64,000 bases of DNA from assembly GCA_964016885.1 (NCBI GenBank), contig OZ024747.1, forward strand, positions 10,602,001 through 10,666,000. Direction: 5' to 3'. Under the pieces are notes generated by a model. That model saw nothing but the letters and a program-made list of their open reading frames with translations, searched no databases and was not told the DNA's origin. Position 1 is the stretch's first letter. Each line of letters begins with the position of its first letter. Position numbers and translations under genes: made by a program. This document shows positions 1 through 12,762 of this stretch, in pieces. This DNA comes from Eledone cirrhosa. Taxonomy: Eukaryota.

Positions 1-1103
1 ATCTACATTATCACCACCACCACCACCACCACCACCACCAATCCCCACCTGCACCACCACCACCACCACCACCAATCTACATTATCACCACCACCACCAC
101 CACCACCACCACCACCAATCTACATTATCACCACCACCACCACCACCACCACCAATCTACATTATCACCACCACCACCACCACCACCACCAACCTACATT
201 ATCACCACCACCACCACCACCACCACCAACCTACATTATCACCACCACCACCACCACCACCACCAATCTACATTATCACCACCACCACCACCACCAGTCT
301 ACATTATCACCACCACCACCACCACCAATCTACATTATCACCACCACCACCAGTCTACATTATCACCACCACCACCACCACCACCACCACCAATCTACAT
401 TATCACCACCACCACCACCACCACCACCACCACCACCACTCTACATTATCACCACCACCACCACCAATCTATATTATCACCACCACCACCACCAACCTGC
501 ATTATCACCACCACCACCACCACCACCACTCTACATTATCACCACCACCACCACCACTCTACATTATCACCACCACCACCACTCTACACCACCACCACCA
601 CCACTCTACACCACCACCACCACCACCACTCTACATTATCACCACCACCACCGCTCTACATTATCACCACCACCACCACTCTACACCACCACCACCACCA
701 CCACCACTCTACACCAGCACCACCACCACCACCACCACTCTACATTATCACCACCACTCTACACCACCACCACCACCACCACCACCACCACTCTACACCA
801 CCACCACCACTCTACATTATCACCACCACCACCACCACCACCACTCTACATTATCACCACCACCACCACTCTACACCACCACCACCACCACTCTACACCA
901 CCACCACCACCACCACCACCACTCTACATTATCACCACCACCACCACCACCACCACTCTACATTATCACCACCACCACCACTCTACATTATCACCACCAC
1001 CACCACTCTACACCACCACCACCACCACCACCACCACCACCACTCTACATTATCACCACCACCACCACCACCACCACCACCACCACTCTATATTATCACC
1101 TCC
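1..1103. repeat. Compound minisatellite: (CAC)n runs punctuated by CTCTACATTAT/AATCTACATTAT
   Basis: Directly visible repeating unit with variable CAC number. Confidence 0.95.
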
Positions 1104-1218
1104 AACTAACCAACAAGGTGATAATATAGACTTTCATAACAGTTTATTAAAGTATCCATTAGATGTACTCTTGAAATATTCCTGCTAATGACGTATAATT
1201 GACAGCTTGAAATGGGAT

Positions 1219-1222
<4 letters not shown>

Positions 1223-1286
<64 letters not shown>

Positions 1287-1372
1287 ACACAACACACAAC
1301 ACACAACACACAACACACACAACACACACACACACACACACAACACACACACAACACACACACACACGCACG

Positions 1373-1421
<49 letters not shown>

Positions 1422-1468
1422 GAGCACATGAAAATACAGACACATACACCCATACACACACACACACA
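1223..1468. repeat. (CA)n microsatellite
   Basis: Visible. Confidence 0.95.
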
Positions 1469-1554
1469 AGAATACCCGCGCGTTATTGTGTATATGTGTG
1501 TGTTTGTCGAGAGTGGAGCAGAAAGAGAGAATATTTTACACATATAAGTGTATG

Positions 1555-2135
1555 TAGATAGATAGATTTCTTTATTTGCCACAAAGGCGCACAAGAAAAG
1601 GGGACAATACAAAGACATGCCGGGGATTTTACATATAGTCGTGTAAAAAATATAAAATAAACAATTATAACAATCGAAATCCCCAATAGGGGGGGGGGGG
1701 GGGAGCCCCACAAATGGGTTGTTTAATACCCCGTCGATAGAACAACCCTCAACTTCAGGAGCGTGTTGTGCAAGTGCCCCTTTGTTTCTTTTGCTCTCTC
1801 CTTTAACCTACAGGCCTATAAACAGAGAAGGCCCAACCACTCGGGTCATTTTCGTTTCATTCACCCACCTTTCAGTAAATTTACTGGAGTGCAGTGCCTC
1901 TCTCTCCACTCTGATTCTCCTTTTAAAGTGATACTTACTGGAGTGCAGTGCCTCTCTCTCCACTCTGATTCTCCTTTTAAAGTGATACTTAAAGAAGGGA
2001 ATCAATTGTTGTTCGGAGAGAACGGCATCTGTCCTCAGTCCTCTCACTCTCGTCCACCATATAACTTCTTTCACCATAGCCACTGTACAGAGGTCAGATC
2101 TACTCCTATATTTAGAATAACCAGGCTCCAGATGT
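1555..2135 (-). mobile_element. Tx1/L1-clade LINE 3' end (ORF2 C-terminus + 3' UTR)
   Basis: ORF 1808-2083(-) 'AMVKEVIWWTR...FFKYHFKRRIRVERE...FTERW' resembles the Tx1 ORF2 tail. AATAAA at 1571-1576(-) is followed by a TATC tail. The 3' UTR matches copies at 4700-4972 and 44790-44836. There is a 54-bp in-frame duplication at 1881-1990. Confidence 0.75.
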
Positions 2136-2482
2136 GAGATCTACCCCGATATTGAAAATCCACCTCTGCCTCTATGTAAGTGTAGTCAATTATTTGTGTC
2201 TGAGCTGTAAATGGCTGTGATGTATGTATTTAGTATTCTCTCTATGTTTACAGAGTTATTGTATTGCTAGGGGGGTGTTAATACTATTCCGGATATTGAA
2301 TTTTAATACACAGTTGTTTTCTAGATGTTGACGTCATCCAGGGGTGTCCATTACGACGATTAGATCCCCCCTCCACACCTGCTCTATATCGTATGTTTCT
2401 GTTTGTATTCCACTTTATTGTGGCATTGGTGCGAACGTGGTTTAAAAAACCGGAAGCTGTAGCCACACCGTCGTTTTACCTT

Positions 2483-3228
2483 GTGGACAGTGGAAGGACA
2501 GTGGAATGACAATGAAAGGACAGTGGAAGGACAGTGGAAGGACAGTGGAAGGACAGTGGAAGGACAGTGGAAGGACAGTGAAAGGACAGTGGAAGGACAG
2601 TGGAATGACATTGGAAGGATAGTGAAAGGACAGTGGAAGGACAGTGGAAGGACAGTGGAAGGACAGTGGAATGACATTGGAAGGACGGTGGAAGGACAGT
2701 GAAAAGACAGTGGAAGGACAGTAGAATGACAGTGAAAAGACAGTGGAAGGACAGTGGAATGACAGTGAAAAGACAGTGGAAGGACAGTGAAAGGACAGTG
2801 GAAGGACAGTGGAATGACATTGGAAGGACAGTGGAAGGACAGTGGAATGACATTGGAAGGACGGTGGAAGGACAGTGAAAAGACAGTGAAAAGACAGTGG
2901 AAGGACAGTAGAATGACAGTGAAAAGACAGTGGAAGGACAGTGGAATGACAGTGAAAAGACAGTGGAAGGACAGTGGAATGACAGTGGAAGGACAGTGAA
3001 AGGACAGTGGAAGGACAGTGGAAGGACAGTGAAAGGACAGTGGAAGGACAGTGAAAAGACAGTGGAATGACAGTGAAAAGACAGTGGAAGGACAGTGGAA
3101 GGACAGTGGAAGGACAATGAAATAACAGTGAAAGGACAGTGGAAGGACAGTGAAAAGACAGTGGAAGGACAGTGGAAGGACAGTGGAAGGACAATGAAAT
3201 AACAGTGAAAGGACAGTGGAAGGACAGT
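2483..3228. repeat. 11-bp minisatellite (GGACAGTGGAA)n
   Basis: Visible tandem array with variants; explains the SFHCPSTVLPL ORFs. Confidence 0.95.
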
Positions 3229-3511
3229 GTTAGAACCCAGGACCTCGTGGTTAGAAAGTGAACTTATTATAGCAACATAATTGAGATAGGAACTGTATTG
3301 TGTATGTAAATTGTAGTTAAAGGCGGAAATATATGTATGTCTGGTCCCGTAACCTCTGAGAGGGTCGTAGGGGCACCGTATTGACATACAGCATTTCTAG
3401 AGCATTTTAAAACCTAATGGGGGCCTATCTTATATGCAGGTCTTAATACAGCAGATTTCTGTCTGAAAATGATAGTGAAGAAAGGAAATGAGAAGGAGAT
3501 ATAGAAGAAGA

Positions 3512-3640
3512 ATCTACCCCAGTACTTAACTGGTACTTTTTTTTATCGACCTTGAATGGATGAAAGGCAAAGTTGACCTCGGCCGGATTTAAACTCAAGA
3601 GAGCAGAGAGCTGTAATAAATACCACAAATCGTTCTATCC
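3512..3640 (-). mobile_element. Diverged SINE type A (Deu/Nin-like central domain)
   Basis: Reverse complement of GAGTTTAAATCCGGCCGAGGTCAACTTTGCCTTTCATCC...GTCGATAAAA..AGTACCAGT. Confidence 0.8.
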
Positions 3641-3839
3641 ATAGACGGAAGTATATATAAACATTCGTGGTGTATTATTAGAAAGTTAGTAAACAGTCTT
3701 TCAACGTCTACTGTTGATAAGTAACTTACTTGGTATATTTTAAGATTGTTAGCAACTTTTGGCTGCTAGTATATTGTATATCTTCGGTGTGTATTGGTTG
3801 ATAATGCCTTCTAATGTTGGTTAATGATCATAGGTGTTA

Positions 3840-4000
3840 GAGTATCGATTTGAGATATGAGTGCATAGTTCGGAGATCAGAGAGTCACTTCAGGTAGAGC
3901 TGCTACTTTTCCGAATTGAGAGATCACAGCTAAGATATTATTGGTCAGAATGTTTCAGGAAAGAATCGCTGGATAGATTTTACTGGCAAAGCCAGCTGGT
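3840..4000 (+). mobile_element. RTE-clade (Expander-like) LINE ORF2 C-terminal fragment
   Basis: 'VHSSEIRESLQVELLLFRIERSQLRYY..RMFQERIAG.ILLAKPAG'; homologous to 37030-37325. Confidence 0.8.
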
Positions 4001-4009
4001 AATATCTAT

Positions 4010-4560
4010 AATTATCTCCCCCGCGCCCTCTATATCAATCACCCCTAAACTCTCACCCTCTCTATATCTGCTATAAGGAACTCTCTTCCAATCCCCCTCT
4101 CTATATCAATTAATCCCAAACTCTCCCCCTCCCTCTATATCTACTACACGGAACTCTTTTCCATTCCCCCTCTCTATTTCAATAAACATCAATCTCTCCC
4201 TCTCTCTATATCTACTATACGGAACTCTCTTCCACCCCCACCCCCTCTCTATATATACCATATAACACTCTCTCGCATTCTTTCTCACTCTATTCATCAC
4301 TACCAAACCCTCCCCCTCTCTATATTTATCAATACCTATCTCTAACCAATCCTCTCTATTCATTACCACCAAACTCTCCCCCTTTCTATATCTACTACAC
4401 GGAACTCTCTTCCAATCCACCTCTCTATATCAATAAACATCAATATCTCCCCCTCTCTATATCTAATATACAACAAATTCTCTCAACATCCTCTCTATAT
4501 TAATTACCACCAAACTCTCCCCCTTTCCCTATGTTTATATCTATCTCTCCCATCTATCTC
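4010..4560. repeat. Degenerate pyrimidine-rich tandem repeat (CCCTCTCTATAT-based, ~30-65 bp units)
   Basis: Recurrent CTCTATATCTACTACACGGAACTCTCTTCC and AAACTCTCCCCCTCTCTATAT. Confidence 0.75.
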
Positions 4561-4699
4561 TACATAACATGTTCATAAATTGTAGAACATATACAAATAG
4601 ATGTGTTTTGGTAGTTTTGGAAGATAAATATAATTACTGGGGGTGGGGACATGACTTCCCTGTATATATATATATATATATATATATATCCAACTATCT

Positions 4700-4970
4700 A
4701 GGAAGATAAATAGAGAGAAGAGAGGAACACCTACAAAACGTGTTCCTGGTGTTGAGGGTTGTTCTATCTACGGGGTGTAAAACAAACCTGCAGTAACGTT
4801 CCCCCCTATTGGGGATTTCTCTTCTTATTTTATTATATATAGTTTATTGTTATTTATTAATGTTAAAGTTATATGATTTTTATGTACCCCCCCCCCCCGC
4901 CGTCTTGTAATGTCCCATTTTTGTACGCCCCTGTGGCAAATAAAGAAAGATATCTATAACTATCTATCTA

Positions 4971-4972
<2 letters not shown>
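4700..4972 (+). mobile_element. Tx1/L1-like LINE 3' UTR
   Basis: GTTGAGGGTTGTTCTATC.ACGGGG, CCCCCTATTGGGGATTTC and TGTGGCAAATAAAGAAA match the reverse complement of 1560-1760. Confidence 0.75.
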
Positions 4973-5024
<52 letters not shown>

Positions 5025-5025
<1 letters not shown>

Positions 5026-5240
5026 GATCGATCAACTTTCGTCAAATCGGACCGAGGAAACAATGTTTTCGTCGGTCTTGCCAGTTGCTAATACTATCTA
5101 TCGGTGGCAACTCCAGGTAGAAGGAGCAACGTGAAATAAGTGTCTTGCTCAAAGACATAACGCATCACCCAGTCCAGGAATCGAATTCACAACCTGAAGA
5201 TTGTGAATCCAATTCTCTAACCATTCAGCCACACGCCTTC
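5025..5240 (-). mobile_element. tRNA-derived SINE type B (CORE-like; octopus OR-type)
   Basis: Minus strand: A-box GTGGCTGAATGGTTAG, B-box-like ATTCGATTCC, then CORE-like GTCTTTGAGCAAGACACTTATTTCACGTTGCTCC. Confidence 0.85.
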
Positions 5241-5251
5241 ACCAAAAAAAT

Positions 5252-5377
5252 TTTGTCTTTATATTTGCCTCAGAAGAGGCCCATTGGGCGAAACACATGT
5301 AAGAGCTTTATAAAAATATGTTTTAACGGCTTCTAACTCTTTCATTAATCTTATTACTTATATATATATATATATAT

Positions 5378-5424
<47 letters not shown>

Positions 5425-5439
5425 AGTATATATATACAA

Positions 5440-5503
<64 letters not shown>

Positions 5504-5605
5504 AAAAAGCTTAATGAAAGAGTTAGAAGCCGTTAAAACATTTTTATAAAGGTCTTACATGTGTTTCGCCCAATGGGGCTCTTCTGAGGCAAATATAAAA
5601 GCAAA
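5252..5605. repeat. Inverted repeat (~97-bp arms) around (TA)n; each arm has a degenerate minimal hammerhead
   Basis: 5252-5348 is the reverse complement of 5511-5605. Arm: CAGAAGA-G-GCCC-ATT-GGGC-GAAAC-ACAT-GTA (5271-5301). Confidence 0.8.
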
Positions 5606-5610
5606 GTTTT

Positions 5611-6708
<1,098 letters not shown>

Positions 6709-6936
6709 TTAATAACAGTTAACTTAACTGGAGTTTAGCCAACGACACTAAATTGCTTACAACAAGTGAAAGTCGTGTGATTTGCCAATGACAAAAGATG
6801 AAGGTGGCGGCATCTATATGTGCCAAACAATATACTTCTAGGCTCCATACGTCTTTTAAACAAAGAATTGGGCTACTGCGAACCGCATGCTGCATATAAT
6901 ATATATTTCATGTTTGTTTATATATATATATATACT

Positions 6937-7082
6937 GACGCAAAGAGTTACGGCATTTTCCGTTATGAGTTCAAATCCCGCCGAGGTTAACTTTGCCTTT
7001 CATGCTTACGGGGTCGATAAAATAAAGTACCAGTAATACACTGGGTAATTGCTGGCCTTGTGCCAAAAGTAGAAACAATTAT
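6937..7082 (+). mobile_element. SINE type A, 5'-truncated
   Basis: GAGTTCAAATCCCGCCGAGGTTAACTTTGCCTTTCAT..GGGGTCGATAAAATAAAGTACCAGT...GCTGGCCTTGTGCCAAAAGTAGAAAC. Confidence 0.9.
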
Positions 7083-7091
7083 ATATATATA

Positions 7092-7310
7092 AGGAACGAT
7101 CGACTTTCGTCAAATCGGACCGAGGGAACAATGTTTCCGTTGGTCTTTCCAATTGCTAATACTATCTATCGGTCGCAACTCCAGGTAGAAGGAGCAACGT
7201 GAAATAAAGTGTCTTGCTCAAGGACATAACGCATCACCCGGTCCAGGAATCGAACTCACAACCTTACGATTGCGAATCAAATTCTCTAACCACTCAGCCA
7301 CACGCCTTCT
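7092..7310 (-). mobile_element. SINE type B (CORE-like), full length
   Basis: Close homolog of 5025-5240; tRNA-like head with TCG in the anticodon position. Confidence 0.9.
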
Positions 7311-7345
7311 ATATATATATATATATAATGTATGTATGTATTTAA

Positions 7346-7379
<34 letters not shown>

Positions 7380-7473
7380 GTATTTAATGTGTATATATAT
7401 AACGTATGTATGTATATGGATATATATATAGTTAAAAATGAATGAACAGAACACAGGAGGCAATTGTACACAG

Positions 7474-7511
<38 letters not shown>

Positions 7512-7522
7512 GAGTGTCCATG

Positions 7523-7555
<33 letters not shown>

Positions 7556-8051
7556 TGCATGTGTGTGCATGTGTGTGTATATTAACAGACATAGGGGAAG
7601 ATAAAATTCAAGATTTGTATCATGGGCAACAGGCTATAAATTTGGGAAGAAGGTAACAGTCGATTATATATCGACCCGAGTATATAACTGATCTAGGAAT
7701 TGAACCCACGACAATATGATCTCAAGTCCAACACCCTTACCACTAGGCCACGTGACTCCACATAATATACATTGGTGAAACACACAAATACAATATACGT
7801 AAAATATTTCATTCATAATTCATTAAAAAGTTTCACAAAAATTCCATCAAAAATTTCCATGAAAAATTTTACAAAACATTTCACCCAAAATTTTTACAAA
7901 ACATTTATTTCACCAAAGATTTTCACGGAAGGTGAAGTATTCGTTTGGACGAATACTTCATATAAATAATCCTATATAGACAGACACAATGATCAGGGAA
8001 AGTAAGTGTGAAAAAAAAGAAGTATTTTTCTATTTTATCTTTTATTTCTAA

Positions 8052-8085
8052 TTCTATGAAGGACTATCGTCCGAAACGTTGAGAC
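8052..8085 (+). ncRNA. Degenerate hammerhead-like motif (PLE type, no helix III)
   Basis: CTATGAA-GGAC-TATC-GTCC-GAAACGTT. Confidence 0.35.
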
Positions 8086-8314
8086 TCTTTTCCTGTTATT
8101 TCAAGCGTTTAACTAATATATTTTTTCCCTGTACTGTATCGTTTGCTTTGTTATATATGGGGTGACTCGATACCTTTAACAGAATAGCATGTATTATGTC
8201 ATATGTATCTTGGCTCACTGTAAGTGGTACTCGAGTTTCACCGAGCGAACGGTTCATTTTTCCAGAACGAATTAGTTGTTAGCTCATCGAAACTCGAGTA
8301 GACATATACGACAT

Positions 8315-8374
<60 letters not shown>

Positions 8375-8700
8375 TATATATGACATTATATATATATATA
8401 CATACATACACAGAGAGAGGGAGAGAGAGAGAGAGATTGTGTGTATATATATATGTGAGGGGGGTGTGTGTGAGATATGTAGATCAGTAGAGGTAGAAAG
8501 CTTGATAGAGAGATAAACCAGCAACTATATTATGTGTTAATAAGAGTTAACTGAAGTAATTATCATGTTTAGTGTTAAGTGTTATTAACCTATCATATTG
8601 TAATAGATTTCTCTGGCAATAAGGCTTGGCTTACCAAATTTACATATCTATCAACTGCAACACTCGTCGTCGTAACCGGCGGAGTGCTAGTGTTTACACG

Positions 8701-8739
<39 letters not shown>

Positions 8740-8877
8740 GTTTATCCCGGGTTCAATCGGGGATAACCACAGTAAGTAAGGTGCTCAATGCAAAGCAGAG
8801 TATAAATATTTAATATAGCAATGGCTTCTACAGGACTAGAACTGTTTCATTCGGGAAAAATCATCAGTTCTAGTCCT

Positions 8878-8880
<3 letters not shown>
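8740..8880 (-). mobile_element. Short (TA)n-embedded repeat with hammerhead-like hairpin; relatives at 47600-47655 and 53640-53750
   Basis: Minus strand GGACTAGAA-CTGATGA-TTTTTCCCGAAT-GAAAC-AG-TTCTAGTCC (8833-8876). The TTATCCCGGGTTCAATCGGGG...AGCAGAGTATAAAT block is shared with 53641-53706. Confidence 0.6.
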
Positions 8881-8974
<94 letters not shown>

Positions 8975-9107
8975 GATATCCACGGTAAGTTGTGGGGTCC
9001 AGTCTGCATGAAGAACTCAATGTAATCCATATGTTGAAAATGTTGTAGGTTAAAATAAATCCCGGAAAACAATAAAACATCAAAAGGAAAACAGAGTCAT
9101 GATATAA

Positions 9108-9331
9108 GTTAAAACAATGAAATAAAAAATCAAGTCATTAGAAATATACTTCACTGCTTTACGATCGTTTCTAGGTGATGATAATACATCGTAACTATAC
9201 TTCGATATCGATCTATGTAAGGTTAGTTACAAAATATCGAAGTATAGTTACGATGTATTATCATCACCTAGAAACGATCGTAAAGCACTGAAGTATATTT
9301 CTAATGACTTGATTTTTTATTTCATTGTTTT

Positions 9332-9334
<3 letters not shown>
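9108..9334. repeat. Near-perfect fold-back (101-bp arms, 25-nt spacer)
   Basis: 9108-9208 vs 9234-9334, one mismatch seen. The right arm contains GAAAC-GATC-GTA and ends in (TA)n. Confidence 0.9.
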
Positions 9335-9375
<41 letters not shown>

Positions 9376-9378
<3 letters not shown>

Positions 9379-9781
9379 TTATATATATAAAAGCGAGGAT
9401 GTGTGTGTCTGTGTACAACTTTGCATGCATAAGGCTTTCACAACTACCAAGTGAATTTGACCAAATTTTCTGTGCACGTTGCACAGGTCGCTAAGATTGT
9501 CACATCACAAATATTTTTCAAATCGACCCACGTTGAGCAATAAAAAATCGATATAAAAATTATCGGTAGAAAAATTGATGTAAGGGAGATAACAAACTTT
9601 ATTGACAATCCTTATAAAAAAGGGAGATAACCTTTTCACCAAATATATTCGTTTACATTAATTATTGAAGACTTCTGCTTATTTTGACAGGTTGGGGACA
9701 AATAATGTTCTTCTTTTACTTCCTAGCTGTATATTCTTAGCATAATTTCAAACTCCGAGCAACGCCGGGTAAATCTGCTAG
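9376..9781 (+). mobile_element. Non-autonomous Helitron
   Basis: 5' TC(TTTATATATATAAAAG), subterminal GC hairpin CCGAGCAACGCCGGG, 3' CTAG, inserted between A and T. Confidence 0.75.
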
Positions 9782-9799
9782 TATATATATATATATATA

Positions 9800-9920
9800 C
9801 AGGGTGACTCCAAAAAATGTGTACACACTTTGATTACCTGTACAGGCAATATTTATTAGATGTATTAGAGAGTGTATTAGATGTATTTGAGAGTGTGTAT
9901 ATATTTTTGGGGACACCGTG
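9800..9920. mobile_element. Tc1/mariner-type MITE
   Basis: Degenerate TIRs CAGGGTGACTCCAAAAAATGTGTACACAC / GTGTGTATATATTTTTGGGGACACCGTG; TA on the left. Confidence 0.65.
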
Positions 9921-10156
9921 TTATATATATATCCTCCTTCATCCGTTCGGGGTCGATAAATAAAGTACCAGTTCAGAGTTTGTGCAGCTTTATCTACTTC
10001 CTGCTGTCACATTCTGGGTGTTCCGTTGGATCAAAGGAAGTTATTTCAAGAGGGTACCTGTCTCAGCTCACGACTGCTCGGGCACCTAACGGGGCCTTAG
10101 CGAAAGTATCATACACAATACTCGATTGCGACGGATGTTGATTAGATTAAAGTTAT

Positions 10157-10720
10157 GTGATAGTGGTATGGTGAGGTGGTGGTGTTGTGGTGGTGGTGTG
10201 GTGGTGTGGTGGTCTTGTGGTGGTCTTGTGGTGGTGGTGTGGTGGTGTGGTGGTGGTATGGTGGTGTTGTTGTGGTGGTGTTGTGGTGGTGTTGTTGTGG
10301 TGTTGTTGTGGTGGTGGTGTGGTGGTGGTGGTGGATGGGGTGGGGGGGGGGGTTGTGGTGTGGTGGGGGGGGGGGCAGTGGTGTGCTATTGTGAGGTGTT
10401 GGTGTTGTGGTGGTGTTGTGGTAGTGGTGTGGTGCAGTGGTGTGGTGGTGGTGTGGTGGTAGTGCAGTGGTGTGCTATTGTGAGGTGGTGGTGTTGTGGT
10501 GGTAAGGAGGTGGTGTTGTGGTGAGGTGATGGTATGGTAGGGTGGTGGTGTTATAGTATGTTGCGGTGGTTGTGGGGTGCTATGGTGGTGATGAGGTGGT
10601 GGTGTAGTGTGGTGGTGGTGTTGTGCAGTGGTGTTGTGGTGTGGTGGTGAGGGAGGTGGTGGTGTTATGGTGAGGTGGCGGTGGTGCTATGGTGAGAGGT
10701 AGTGTGGTGTTGAGGTGCAG
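10157..10720. repeat. GGT/GTG-rich degenerate microsatellite
   Basis: Visible. Confidence 0.9.
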
Positions 10721-10904
10721 TGTGCTGGATGTCACATGCACCTCAATCAGCTGATGTCGTGTCTGACCTTCCGCAGCCAACAGAAGGTGCACCGATGACG
10801 CGGAAACCCAACCAACTACTGCAACGCCCTCTTGCGACGCCATCACGTCTATGAAAAGAGGAAGTAGGAATTACGCTCCAACATCCGTTTGGTGGCGCAT
10901 CAAC

Positions 10905-10951
<47 letters not shown>

Positions 10952-11584
10952 GCACACGCACGCACGCACGCACGCACGCACACACACTCACACACTCACA
11001 CACATGGATATACACCTATATAATAGGCATAAACATATTCACTTTAGCTTGCACACATACACATTTATATACATTCATATACATAAATACACATTCATAG
11101 GGACGTTCACATACATATTACTGATACACATATGCACATATATTCATACATACATGTATACACACACAGTCACACACACACATATGAACATATAGTACAT
11201 ATGTGTGTGTGTGTATGTGTGTATATATGTGCGTGTGTGTGTGTGTGTCTATTAGCAAAAATCCTGAGGTAGCGTATTTGTGGATAAGTGGTATATAAAG
11301 TTACATTCATACGGTTAATAAACTTATATTTAGGCTGGATATAGAACGGACGAGGTAATTACTTGTGATGAGCCGGTAATGACCAAATGAAACTTGTTGA
11401 GTTGATCTTTTGTCATAAACAGCTCCGTGGTTAAGCCAGGAAGTCAATTGAAAGCTAGGCTCAATCATCATAGATTGCTCCGTGGCTCAACCATGGAGTT
11501 AATTCACAGCGAGGCTCAATCGTCTTAGATAGCTCCGTGGTTCAACCATGGAGTCTATTCAAAGCGAGGCTCAATCGTCATACA

Positions 11585-11652
<68 letters not shown>

Positions 11653-11667
11653 ATATATACTGTATAT

Positions 11668-11860
11668 ATATAATTGTTTCTACTTTAGGCACAAGGCCAG
11701 CAATTACCCAGTACATTACTGGTACTTTATTTTATCGACCCCGTAAGGATGAAAGGCAAAGTTAACCTCGGCGGGATTTGAGCTCAAACCGTAAAGGGAC
11801 GTAACTATGCTAGAAAGCATGGCGTCCGACTCTCTACCGATACTGCCAATTCCCCGCCCT
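11668..11860 (-). mobile_element. SINE type A, full length
   Basis: Reverse complement begins GGGCGGGGAATTGGCAGTATCGGTAGAG and ends AAAGTAGAAACAATTAT. Confidence 0.9.
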
Positions 11861-12215
11861 TATAATACTGTTTAGTCAGAGAGGTTTGAGCACAACTTAT
11901 GACACGTTTCAGGCGGTTTGGTATCTTGGAGCCAGGGGTGGTTTCGGGTGGTTTGATATAATATACCAAGAGGTGGCTTCAGGTGGTTTGGTATCTTAAG
12001 AACTAGGGGTAGTTTCAGCTGGTTTACACATAAATTTCATGGGCAAGCTCTTCCATTAGTCGAACAACTGGAATACTTAGCGTTGAAACCGAACGAGGTC
12101 CTCTCTAATTGCATTGCTGTGCAGTTCAGGACAAAGTAGTTCAGTTTAATAGTTTGTCGAGTAGTAAGGTATACAGTGTGATGGTTGATTTAACCCTGAC
12201 TTCAGCCCTGACTGC

Positions 12216-12512
12216 GTTGATCCATGGTCGATGGCTTGATCCATGGGTTGATCCATGCTCGATGGTTTGATCCTTGGGTTGATCCATGCGCGGTGGCTTG
12301 ATCCTTGTGTTGATCCATACTCGATGGCTTGATCGTTGGGTTGATCCATGCTCGATAGCTTGATCTTTGGGTTGATCCATGCGCGGTGGCTTGATCCTTG
12401 TGTTGATCCATACTCGATGGCTTGATCGATGGGTTGATCCATGCTCGATGGCTTGATCCTTGGTTTGATCCATGTTCGATGGCTTGATCCTTGGGTTGAT
12501 CCATACTCGATG
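12216..12512. repeat. 31-bp minisatellite (TTGATCCATGCTCGATGGCTTGATCCTTGGG)
   Basis: Period 31 (12250, 12281, 12312); about 9.5 copies. Confidence 0.9.
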
Positions 12513-12599
12513 ACCGTAAGTTAGTTGGAAGTGGAGGATACTCGTTCGGATTCACACAAAATAGACGAAAAGAAAGACACAATATTAAGGGACTTTTTA

Positions 12600-12735
12600 C
12601 GTTCAACTCTGACCTTTCAACTTTCTGGGGTCAATAAAATAAAGTAACAGTTAAATACTGAGGTTGATATAATCGACTTCCTCCCCACCACCTTTCCACA
12701 AAATTGCTGGCCTTGTACTAATATCAGAAATAATT
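12600..12735 (+). mobile_element. Diverged SINE type A (long variant)
   Basis: GGGGTCAATAAAATAAAGTAACAGT...AATCGACTT...TTGCTGGCCTTGT. Confidence 0.7.
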
Positions 12736-12762
12736 ATTTCTTGTTGATACGGAGGTTCCCTC

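Noticed and set aside
7230-7310. tRNA gene candidates (also 5160-5240, 30805-30870, 50770-50840)
   Set aside because: tRNA-like heads continue into CORE-like SINE bodies and lack a proper acceptor stem
11365-11400. Hammerhead-like TGATGA...GAAAC
   Set aside because: No convincing helix I or II; likely chance
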